Source: Octopus sinensis (Eukaryota). From it: a DNA stretch of 64,000 nucleotides. This document shows positions 52,313-64,000 of the stretch, piece after piece. The stretch is taken from positions 7,254,001-7,318,000 of the forward strand of contig NC_043004.1 in NCBI RefSeq assembly GCF_006345805.1, written 5' to 3'. A program made the translations under genes and the position numbers. The notes below the pieces were generated by a model. It searched no databases, was not told the origin of the DNA, and was given only the letters and a program-made list of their open reading frames with translations. Within the stretch, counting starts at the first letter, position 1; every line of letters starts with the position of its first letter.

Positions 52313-53410
52313 CCTTCCTCTCTATACATATTATTATTCTTCTTCTTCCTAAATTAGTACTCGATTTTACTAACCTGACCACGCAAACACACACACACGC
52401 ACGCAAACACACACACACATACACACACACAGACAGACACACAGACAGACATACAGACACGCACCCACACACACACACGGTGCTATTTCCATCAGTTGGT
52501 TCATATTTTGAAATGTATTAACTGAAGAGGGTTTGGCGTAAGAGGATGTATTTCCTAATGTATATTACGCAATATCTGAAATGTATATATTAAATGCTTT
52601 AAAAATATCGTTATTTGGCTTGATTTAATTATTACACAAGTACATTAAAATATGGTAGTTTTGGTGAAGCATTGTGTGGTATAACTTTAAAGAAGGTTGT
52701 CGTGTAAGGCCGGAACTATGCGAGAAGGTACGAAGTAAGCTACAAAAAGAAAAGAGAACAGAACAAAGTTGCAATTTTACCTTGTATTTCTATATTTCGA
52801 GGTGAAGTCTCTTTCTTCAGGACATTTGGTAAAAGCGGTGGTTGGAAAAAGTCGTTGCTCAGATGTGAATGGGAGAAGGAAGAACGGGAGGAAGGTGGAA
52901 GGTGACATGCGTAGACTGGTGTTGCTATAGCAGCTACTCTGCTTCGTGTAGTTCCCCCGTGTTGTTGATGGGACACACACACACACACACACACAGACAT
53001 AATGCATGCGGGTGAGTGGACAAACGAAAGAAAGTATCTCTCCACGCATTTAGTTGGAGTCGAGTCATATGTATTTTATAACTCAGCTCACATTACTTAA
53101 CGTTTCGATATTAAAGCTGTGTAACTTTATAGCTTTATAGATAATTCTCTCGCCCATAAGCAATGATAATTAACCCACCTGAGTAGATATCAGCAAGCGC
53201 TGCAAGAGCAATAACTGATGATGTAAGTACAGTTATTCTTTAAAATACTTTAAGGAAAAGAATACCATTTCCTTAAATGAATACTATGAGCGTGGTTCAT
53301 TTAGATGGCTGTAAAACTAATATAATATAATGTGTGTATGTGCATGTATGTATGGGTGTACGTATGACAGTAGAGTTCAAGTGACTAAACTCTCTCTGTC
53401 TCTCTCTCTC

Positions 53411-53445
<35 letters not shown>

Positions 53446-54079
53446 CATGGAACAAAGACGTAATAGAGGACAATGAAACATTCGGAAAGATAGACGATAC
53501 AAAGGCGGACAGGAGAAACAACAATTAGAAGGATAGGTAAAAAGAGGCGGGTCATTCTTGGCCTTCTTTCTTCAGTCCTTACTGTTTCGGGCAGTTACAC
53601 TTGAGACAATTCGATCTGGTTTCCCCACCAAAATTCTAAGCTAAGAGCATTAGATTTTTTTGTAAGAATGCTAGCGAATGTGTACGGCAACAAAGACAAA
53701 AAATGGAGAACATGATATAAAATTACAAACAGCAAGAATATAACAACAGGTGTCTTTCGATTAAGAACGAATCAAATTGAGCTTGTGTGTATGAAGTGAA
53801 AGCCTAAAAGCAGAAACAGAGGAGATGGACATAAGTGGTGTTGGCGGTCGGCAGTAAGGCAAAGAAAGAAAGATCCTGGTTGGCCGGACACCGGTCACGT
53901 GGGAGGAGAGAGGGGTAGGGGCAGCGGGATTGAAGGATTACAAAAAATCAGAAACAAAGGAAAAGTTGCAAGGGAGATAAACGAGGAGGAAAAGTGGGAG
54001 TTAAAGAAAGGGCCAAGAAATGTGTGTGTGTGTGTGAGAGAGAGAGAGTGAGAGGAAGAGAGAGAGTGAGAGAGAGACG

Positions 54080-55105
54080 AGGTAACACTGGACGGAAGGC
54101 GATAGCGATGGCGGTAACGGTGACGCATAAAGACGGACGGCGGCCGGAGAAAGACGCAAATAAGCCTACCGTGCAACGACAGTGGCCGTTCCCAGGCCGG
54201 TGTTTTAAATGTCAAGGGTCGCACATGGCGAGGGAGTGTACGCAACCGGGGCCCATCTACTATCGATGCAGGCAGACGGGGCACATCGCCCGTGATTGTG
54301 ACCGGGGAAACGACCGTGGAGAAGTTCCTGCCTCTCGAACTTTCCCTGCAAACTAGTAGAGGCACTTTTGGAGACGCTGCCCGTTATTGATGTCGAGGCC
54401 GAGGAGAAGACGTTCAAGGCTCTCGTTGATACGGGTTGCACGACCACCCTCGTTACTCCAAGGGTTACAAAGAAATGGAATGGGGCGTCCGGGCGATCGA
54501 CGGCAGCGAAATCCGATGCAAGAGCATCAACAATGTTGAGATAGCGGTGCGAGGCGCGACGCTAGGGCTGCAGTTAATTATGATCGAACACGTGATAGAC
54601 GGGATTGATGTGGTGGTGGAGATGGACGTCATCAACCGCCTCGGTGGTGTCAGTAATGCAGGAAATGAGGTCATGTTCAGAAGCGTGGGGGCGTCGTGCG
54701 CTGTGAGTCAGGATCGCAGAGAGAGCAAGCTCCACGAGGGACTGCGCCGCTTACACAATTGAGGACAAGGATTTTCAGGCGGCGTTCGATGGTCAGCGGT
54801 GTACAATAGAGTGGTGATGGAAAGACGAGACCCCGTTGCTGAAGAACAGGGTGAGCTGCTACCAGCGTACCCTGAAAGGTCATGGCAGGGTCGAGTTCAA
54901 AGACGAGGTAGAGAGATGAATCAAGGAAGGAGTCCTTGTCCCAAGGAAGGAGAAGGTGGTCAGCGAAGTGCTACCTCTGATGGCGATGGTGCAGCCGACG
55001 ACCGGTGCTTTAGAGAACTGAACGAGCATATATCGTGCCACACGGGAGGCGAGGCGACGGACGTTTGCGGCGAGACGTTACGTGTGTGGAGACAGTCGAC
55101 CAAGG
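54080..55105 (+). mobile_element. Ty3/Gypsy-like LTR retrotransposon internal fragment (gag knuckles, protease, RT start), frameshifted
   Basis: CFKCQGSHMAREC and (C/Y)YRCRQTGHIARDC CCHC knuckles; ALVDTGCTTTLV aspartic protease (54428); VLPLMAVVQP...FRELNEHISCHTGG. No LTRs seen. Confidence 0.82.
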
Positions 55106-55217
55106 AAGCTCATAAGTTAAAAATTAAAGCAAATATACAGCGATACATATTCTTCTTTATACATTAGGATTGATAAATAAGCGTATATATTCTTCATTAT
55201 TTGAAAAAAGCATTGGA

Positions 55218-55398
55218 AGGTGGCGAGCTGCCAGAAACATTAGCGATATTTCGTCTGTCTTTACGTTTTGAGTTCAAATTCCGCCGATATCGACCTTACC
55301 TTTCATCTTTTCGGTGTCGATAAAATAAGTACCAGGCGTGAACTGGGGGGTCAATGTAATCGTCTTAAGCTGGCCTTGGGCCTAAATTTGAAACCAAT
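55218..55398 (+). mobile_element. SINE family A
   Basis: Family A head (internally deleted) and body. Confidence 0.78.
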
Positions 55399-55788
55399 AT
55401 GAAGGCGTTGGAAATTAATCGTAAAAGTGCTAGTATCTTACAACTGGAAAGAAATGGAGTTAAAAATATAATTCTACTGGTGTTTGAATAATGACTTGTA
55501 TAAAAATAGTATACAAATTGTAATTGAATATATTTACCTATGCTCGTGTTCCCTATCTCAGAATAGAATACTGTATTGTAGGAAATAGCGTGCTGTTGCA
55601 GTCTAAAATAAGCAATTAGGCAAATGAAGTACTTGCTCCATTAAAAAATTTCCTAAAATATCGTCGAAATAAGCGAAACTATAATTACACGCCATTAAAT
55701 CAATTTTGAGGAATAAAAGTTGAGTTAATGCATAAGCATGTGTGCATATATATATATACATGTACATGTATCTACGTATATATATATA

Positions 55789-55831
<43 letters not shown>

Positions 55832-55991
55832 ATGTATATATAGGTTATATATGTACACATATACATTTGTACATTTATATACATGCAAATATAAAAATAT
55901 ATATATATGTGACAGCAGATCATACATACAAACATACATACATACATATATATATATATATAAATATATATGCACACACACATACACACAC

Positions 55992-56041
<50 letters not shown>

Positions 56042-56096
56042 GCACATATCTACAAAGTATATAATTTTATAAATATAATCATAAAATATAATTATA

Positions 56097-56298
56097 AGGG
56101 AAACTCTCAGGTCATGCCACATGCTAGAAAAAGACGCCAAACAGCCCTAAAACTACTTTATCACAGAGGAATAAACTCCCCCCCAAGTTTTTGTTTATTC
56201 CCTCGCCTTCAAGCCGTGTCTATGTAATAAATAAAGTAGTTTTAGAGCATTTTGGCGTCCTCTTCTAGCATGTGGCACTACTTGGTAGTTGCCCTTAT
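56097..56298. mobile_element. Small MITE-like inverted repeat
   Basis: Arms tgccacatgctagaa...gacgccaaa...ctaaaactactttat and reverse complement; termini aagggaaact / agttgccctt. Confidence 0.7.
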
Positions 56299-56326
56299 TA
56301 TAATTATATAATTATATTTATAATAC

Positions 56327-56538
56327 TCTCAGATGCAGCACGGAATTTTGTCAGTGAACAGGTCGCGGTCTCAAAGCGACGAAAATATTTTGGTAAATTA
56401 AATTTAAATGTTGAAGTGAATCTAACGGTTTTTGTATGTTTCTTAAATGGCTTATAAACACCTTCCACGCTGCAATTGTTTTCCTTCCAGCACACGATTT
56501 CAGATCAGGTCACTTGCTATGCAAGTACATCTCTGTAA
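56327..56538 (+). repeat. Interspersed repeat, inverted partner at 60760-60969
   Basis: About 210 bp, roughly 85-90% identical by eye to the reverse complement of 60760-60969. Confidence 0.88.
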
Positions 56539-56827
56539 TACTTTGTATCAATTTTCATTTAAAATGGTATATTATATGCTAGCTACTTGATAAAATCCTA
56601 TATAGATTTCATCCTTGATTATAATTGGTATATATATATATATATGTATATGTATGAACATTTTTACCCCTTTACTCCCTCCCCTCACTTAGCGGTCATT
56701 CTAATAGCTCTTTTGTCTTAATAACGGTCAATGACACAGTAATTTCCCTTTGTTTAACGGTCATTTTCATAGCATTTTTTTCGATGGCCCGATAACTGAA
56801 GAGATGGCGGCGCGGGTTTCCGCCATA

Positions 56828-57740
<913 letters not shown>

Positions 57741-58438
57741 TCTGTGTGTATTTATGTGAGGTGCAATGGCCCAGTGGTACGGCAGCGTACTCGCAGTCAT
57801 AGGATCGCGGTTTCGATTCCCAGACTAGGCGTTGTGAATGTTTATTGAGCGAAAGCACCTAAAGCTCCACGAGAATCCGTCGGGGGGGGGGGTGGCGAAC
57901 CCTGATGTATTCCTTCACCACAACTTTCTCTCTTTCTTCCTGTTTCTGTGGTCACGCTCAAACTCCCCGAGAACTACGTCAAGGGTACACGTGTCAGTGG
58001 AGTGCTCAGCCACTTGCACGAGCAGGCTCTTCTGTTGATTGGTTCAAGTGGAACCCTCGTACTCCTTTGTCTTTAACAAATCTTATATTATTTATTATCA
58101 CACAATGCTTCACCCAATCTATTTTGTTCTAATATATTTATATAATTATCAAATTATAAAAGCATAAGATTTCAAAGTTATCAAGTGAATTGCGTCGTAT
58201 TATGAGTATCACGTAATTTTCAGTATTATATTCTTCTTCTCTCTCTTTAACTCCTACTCTCTCTCTCACGCTCTCTCTCTCCCTCTCTCCCTCTCTCTCT
58301 TCCTTTCTCCCTCTCTCTCTTACTCTCTCAATCTTTCACTACCCAATATACGACCAACTAAAACCAGCCAGTTTATCTGGATCTCTTTATGGATAAAAAT
58401 GTATTTTAATTGCAATTGATTACTTTATAACATTATAG

Positions 58439-58471
58439 CAGGAACCGTTGAAAGCAAACGATTGGGCAAAC
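58439..58471 (+). CDS. 33-nt phase 1-1 micro-exon (SGTVESKRLGKH) of the chitin-binding protein gene
   Basis: Acceptor ttataacattatag, donor gtaagt at 58472. Keeps the frame open between the signal-peptide exon and the ChtBD2 exon. Confidence 0.6.
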
Positions 58472-58559
58472 GTAAGTACACCACAACATTTTGTTTTAAT
58501 CATTTGATATTTAATTGCTATCCCATAATTCTAGTTTTTTTTTTACTCAAAAGAAACAT

Positions 58560-59620
58560 TTCTATTTATTCAGCCAATGACCTTGTAGCTGTCCCAGTTG
58601 ACTAAATGGTAAAACAGTGGCAGACTACGAAAGGTCTAGATTTCAAGACACTGATGCAATACAGTAATGTGATGGCAAAATAGGTTATTCAGGCAATCTA
58701 ACAGATTTAATGGTTGAAATGGAAAGTTCTAAAGGAACTAAAACTAATTCAGACTACTGGACTTGAAAAATTGCTTTATATAATGATGCGAGCATATTGT
58801 GCAGATAGAACAAAAATTACCAACACTGCTAGAAAAACAATGATAAAAAATAATTTATCCAGTAGTGTCCATGTTCACTTACATGAAAAAGAAGGAAGGC
58901 AAAATATTACTTTGGTGTGGAAAAAGTTGCTTGAAATGTCCAAGGGATTTATCAAAAATCTCCTTCTCTCCTCATTTGGGATTAATTTAGATCTCATAAA
59001 CCGGGGGGAAAAAAAAGGAAATAGCTAATGAGCTAGCAACACAAGTGACTATTAATACCTGACAGTTTAATAAGTCAACCGCAACCACTCGATGCTTCAA
59101 TCAGCAAACTCCTCTAAGGCTTTATGAGAGGAAAGGAACAATTAGGTGCACCAGGAAGATGTTGCTATGGCCACTAGTGGACGAAGGAATAGACTAGAAC
59201 TTGCTCAGGAGTGAATGTTGGGGAAGAGTTCGTGAGGGAAAAATAAGTGATTTAGTGATTAGGTCTTTTAAGAAATGTATCAGAAACGCAATGGATGGAA
59301 CCGAGGGTTATATTCTCTTTGATCAGGATATATGATCCAATAATAAAACGATGGATTCCTTTCCAAGAGAAACTGAAAGCAATAATGATCTTGTGGGTTT
59401 TGAACCAAACTAAATAACCGTAAACCTTTTAAATTGACGGTGACTTTCTTATTTTGATGTTTTGAGCTCTACTGTATTTATAGTATCAAATCGTAATTTT
59501 GTACAAGAAAAATATGTCAAATACCACTGTAGCTTTTCCCTTCAAAACTTTGTCTTCAAAATAAGGGTGCGATTTATACACCACTGCATCATATATTCCG
59601 AAAAAATATTGTGTAACGCA
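58560..59620 (+). mobile_element. Degraded pogo/Tigger-like transposon (DDE_1 transposase remnant and right end)
   Basis: IQTTGLEK...AYCADRTK, VHVHLHEK, SLISQPQPLDASISK, RSFKKC-I.NAMDGTEG.ILF; right end gggtgcgatttatacaccactgcatcatatattccgaaaaaata resembles pogo TIRs. Confidence 0.7.
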
Positions 59621-60438
59621 TAGGTATCCAATTGAAGACAGCTATATCTATCCAGCTGAAGCTGAAATGATACATATTATTTGTCTGACATCTGTCATAT
59701 TAAAACCCAATACAACGTCAATGCAATTTTGCACGCTTTGTCGTCTGAGAATCTATTAGCTTTACCTTCATATAACAGCGTATAACTTTACAACATTTGA
59801 TAGTTTTGTAAATGACTGGTAATTTACTTTACTACTTCTTTACCGGATTTCTTTGAATAATACTATTCTAAATAAAATATCTATAAATTTATCGTAATCC
59901 AATATAAATGTTTTCCATATCAACAAACACTATAACAACATTATCCTAAAAATATTATCACATTGTCAAAAACTGCATCTACATATCACGTCTACAACTC
60001 ACCTGCATAAAGAAAAAACTTTCACTAACAAAATCAATTTTGTGGGGTAAGATTAATACGAGAATGTCTAATGTATCAGTAAACTAAAAAAAGCGATTAA
60101 TGATAATTATTTTAGACAGTATTCGTATACGGTTTAATTTATTTGAAATAACACGAAATAAAAAAGTTTCGACGGAAATGTACTGATTGGGTAATGTGTC
60201 AAAGTGTGCAGGTTTATGAAATTCTGTTATAATACGGATGTTGCTTTGTATTCCATCAGAATGACAACCCCATCTTACTGATTATAATAAATAAGAACTG
60301 TCGAATACGTCGGCTATAAACTTTGTGATATTATCAATCTAACAAGATTACAAAATAAATATTTTATAACAATAATAATGAATTGTAAATCCTAATTGCA
60401 ATTATTTTTTTAATTTTGTATTTTTTTATTTCCAAAAG

Positions 60439-60630
60439 ATCCTTGCCTGTGGTTGCCAGATGGTTATAAATTTCCCATGGAGAACAATTGCGCAGGATAT
60501 TGGACATGCTATAAAAAACAACAAATAGGGAAATGCTGTGCTGTTCAGCAATCTTTTCTTGTCGGCAAAGGATGTGTACCGGATTTCCGTTGTTTTCACA
60601 GCTGTCAGTCTGCAACAACTGGAGGAAATG
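60439..60630 (+). CDS. Exon encoding a peritrophin-A/ChtBD2 (CBM14)-like chitin-binding domain
   Basis: Acceptor ttttttatttccaaaag, donor gtatgc, 192 nt, phase 1-1. Translates PCLWLPDGYKFPMENNCAGYWTCYKKQQIGKCCAVQQSFLVGKGCVPDFRCFHSCQSATTGGN, with Cys spacing C-x14-C-x5-C-x8-CC-x11-C-x5-C-x3-C and the domain's typical aromatics. Confidence 0.85.
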
Positions 60631-60759
60631 GTATGCGATATTTATGTAGTAAATAATTATATTAGAGGAGATCAAATCTGAATACTGAGGCAATTTTAAG
60701 AATGATGTACACACATACAGATAATCGTGAGAATGATGTATGTATATATATTTTTTTTT

Positions 60760-60969
60760 TTACGGAGATGTACTCGCATAGCAAGTAATTTGATCTGAGA
60801 TCGTGTGCTGAAACGAAAACAATTGCAGCGTGGAAGGTGTTTATAAGCCATTTAAGAAACACACAAAAGCCGTTCGATTCACTTCAACATTTAAGTTTAA
60901 TTTGTCAAAATATTTTCGTCGCTAAAATCCGCGACCTGTTCACTGACAAAGTCCGTGCTGCATCTAAGA
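60760..60969 (-). repeat. Interspersed repeat, inverted partner of 56327-56538
   Basis: See the 56327 entry. Confidence 0.88.
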
Positions 60970-61839
60970 AAGTAACAGTTAGTTCGTCATATATATGTAC
61001 GTATGTATGTGTGTATGTATGCATACATGTGTGTATGTATGTACGTATGCATGTACGCACATACGCCTGTGTATGCATGTATGTATGTATGTATGTATGT
61101 ATGTATGTATGTATGTATGTATGTATGTATGTATGTATGTATGTATGTGTGTGTATATGCACGCACATACACTCTATAAAACATAAAGCTATAAACCTGT
61201 AGCGATGGATGGATGTAGAGTGACCACTCATCACAAAGCTATCAAATTTCAACTTCCTACGGCCGAAGCTAGAAAGTGATTTATGACGCTTACTCCCAAA
61301 ACTATACCCTAAAATCTATTATCAGATTTTTATCTCAATATCACAGAACTATTGTTTTACTATTGTGCGTATGTATGTATGTATGTATGTATGTATGTGC
61401 GTATGTATGTATGTATGTATGTATGTATGTATGTATGTATGTATGTGTGTATGTATGTGTGTATGTACATACGTACGCATGTGCGTATGTATGTATACGC
61501 GCTCGTGTGCATGTGCCCATGTATGTGTGTGCGTACATGTACGTGCGTATGTACGTGTGTATGCCCATACGTAGGTATGTACGTATGTTTGTATTCATGT
61601 GCTACGTATGTATGTGAGTGTCTAGGAGAATGGGCAGATGTGTCTGTGAGAGTGTGTACATGTGTATGTGTATGTGAACGTATGTCCGTGTACTGGCATG
61701 TGTCCGTCCAAGTTGTGTACATGACTGTTACTTTGCTGAAGGTTGTATACATATTTACATATATGTTTGTATAGACGCACACACACATATATATATGTGT
61801 GTGGGTGTGTGTTTGTTCCTCTCATCATCGTCTAACCGT

Positions 61840-63754
61840 GAATGGATACAATACAACGCCTAGGTGCAACTGTTCGTATCAAACAACGTCTGCTCATACC
61901 GTTGTATATAACTGCACATACGCGTTGCAACCCGTATGTAAGGACTACAGGTAAAAGGGAGAGAGATAGAGGGGTGGTTATAGAATAGTCCTTCTGAATG
62001 GGATCTGGATGTTATTCCATTCGGACTTTCGGTTGAGATTAGGTTTGTATTCTTGTATACAAACAGCTTCTGTGACCTGTCTCAACATTGCATCGGTGGG
62101 GTGTGTTGATAGGATGTTCAACTTAAGCTCCCCTAAGGATCCCTTGTGGCAGTCTACAGCATGTTGGTAGAAGATGGAGTTTGGCTTCCTTTCAATGTAG
62201 TTGTCCAGGTGTTCTTTGAACCTATCATTGATGCTTCTAGAGGTCTCACCTATGTATGACTCTGGGTTAGTCGCGCAAGCTCCCTCCTGGCACTTAATCT
62301 GGTATACAGTGCCCTTGGTTTTACAATTTACATGTGGATTTGTCGAACATACTGCACAATTACTTTGACAGGTGATTCTATCAAATGGATATGATCTGCA
62401 TAATGCCGACTTGATAGTCCTACCTGTCTTTTCTACAACTTTAACTTTTAGGCCCGTAGTGCGCAGGACTTTCTTGAATGCCTTACTTAGCTCGTTCTTA
62501 GGTGTGGCGTCAACGAACATCACTCCGTGAAATCTCCTGTTATCGTACCAAGTAACGTTTCTCATCTTTTTGTTGGTGTCCCTCTCTAACCTATTCCAGA
62601 ACTTGTTGCGGTACAGGGGGCATATACCGTTTTCGTCGTTCCTTAGAATGCGTTCGAATCTAGCTTTCGCTCCTTTGTACACCCTGACTCTATCGTCTTG
62701 TGTGTATCCGGAGCGTTGCATTCGGAATATGTAGTGCTGGATGTGTTGTTGTCGTTCTTGTGGTTGGCATAGTGGCGATACATTCCTCATTACTCTAACT
62801 AAGTCTGCCACTAGGATGTTGAGTTTGGCAGTATCCGACATAGCTGAGTCACTACGGATTACTAGTGGATTAGCCATCGGTTTCTGATAGTGTGAGTGGA
62901 GTATACATGGTTTAATGGTACCATTAACCATAGCATCTTCCATCCATAGCTCAGTATCTAGGACGGGTAATCGTTTACTGGGGTGTTTAGAGGGGTAGTC
63001 TATGGTAAGTTTTATACTGCTGTGGATAGAGTCAGCTATGTGTTGTATAGATGTCATCACCTGTTCTTCACTGGGTAGAGGGCCCATAACTGTGTCTGTA
63101 TTATATTTCACAACAAGGTTAATGTCGTCGACGTAACGAGAGTACATAGCCAAGTGGATGTTATGGTTTGCTAGGCACTGTTTAAAACGCTTGTCCCACC
63201 ATACCATGAAGAGGTTAGCAACGTCACCGGCGATCCCCACTCCAATAGCACCGCCTTTCGTATGCTTATACAGTTTGTGTCAATTTTAAAATATGTGTTT
63301 TTAGCGTAAATCTCAGGCTGACACCGATAGCATGTGCGATGGTGGTTCTAATATCGTGTGCACTTGAGGGTGGGTAGTCCGGCTTTGTCCATCCCTGCCA
63401 GCGCTCACAGTGAGTCTTCCTGTAAGCTGAGGTAATGGTAGGTGGTCTACCGCGTTTGTTACGGGTGGGACAAGCATGTAGAAGGTTATTGCGCGACAGG
63501 TATTCATTGGTACACGTCAGGGCCAGGAAGAGCCCTAGTTCATATACATCCACATTCTTAATATCATACCACTCTCACTAACTATTTCTATACATTTATC
63601 GACAGCAAAGTCTATATCGATGGAGGGGTATAGTGATACCACATCCATGCTACCCACGATGTGGTTCTTGAGGTCACACGTGTTGTTGCATTCGCGGATC
63701 CTGCTAAGGAGGAATGCAACAACACGTGTGACCTCAAGAACCACATCGTGGGTA
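61840..63754 (-). mobile_element. Penelope-like retroelement (RT plus GIY-YIG endonuclease), 5'-truncated, about two frameshifts
   Basis: IVGSMDVVSLYPSID, LYKHTKGGAIGVGIAG, YSRYVDDI, LPVLDTEL, HYQKPMAN; Cys-rich linker CQSNCAVC...NC; GTVYQIKC...C..SYIGETSRSINDRFKEH; EAVCI...KPNLN. Confidence 0.93.
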
Positions 63755-64000
63755 AAGGAAAGACTTCTAAGTTCATATATCGATATACTGTGATTTTAAC
63801 AGAGGTGACTAAATGTTTTCATAAGAGCTACTGCACATAATATTTTTTTCTTTAAGTAAAGAGTCCAGCAAATACTTTCTAATTTATCTTTACAAATAAG
63901 AAAATATAACGCAACATAGTTTTTTTACCCACTAAAGTAGATTAACCATAGCACGCTGAACATTTATATTGAGTTTTATTTTTGTGGCAGCCCAAACAAG

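Noticed and set aside
52783-52960. Open frames with splice-like signals on both strands
   Set aside because: The + strand donor is weak, there is no acceptor on the minus strand and no homology.
63802-63882. Two candidate short terminal exons for the chitin-binding gene (EVTKCFHKSYCT* or VKSPANTF*)
   Set aside because: Both fit phase 1 and cannot be distinguished from each other or from continuation beyond the window without transcripts.

Overview
AT-rich eukaryotic genomic DNA, very dense in microsatellites. The SINE, LINE and DNA-transposon repertoire points to a cephalopod, most likely Octopus (recognised from memory of the repeat families, not from a search). No rRNA, true tRNA, CRISPR or prokaryotic features were found, and most ORFs in the supplied track are microsatellite artefacts. 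One host gene is well supported on the + strand: four candidate exons (ending 40568; 48915-48993; 58439-58471; 60439-60630) join in frame into a secreted protein with a signal peptide and an 8-Cys peritrophin-A/ChtBD2-like chitin-binding domain. It probably continues toward or past the window end. The rest is a mosaic of mobile elements: tRNA-derived SINEs; RTE, CR1-like, Tx1, R4/Dong-type and Penelope-like retroelements; a Ty3/Gypsy fragment; Chapaev3, mariner, pogo and hAT DNA transposons; and Helentron-type HINEs. Leads worth following: (1) one SINE tail is homologous to the 3' end of the Tx1 LINE here and abuts the same point of another SINE copy three times; (2) all three Tx1 copies end in (TATC)n; (3) 43-54 bp fold-back hairpins cap copies of three unrelated repeats; (4) minimal hammerhead-ribozyme motifs sit in TA-embedded repeats; (5) a tandem splice acceptor could switch the chitin-binding gene between open frame and stop. 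All coordinates and alignments were done by eye, so repeat boundaries are approximate.
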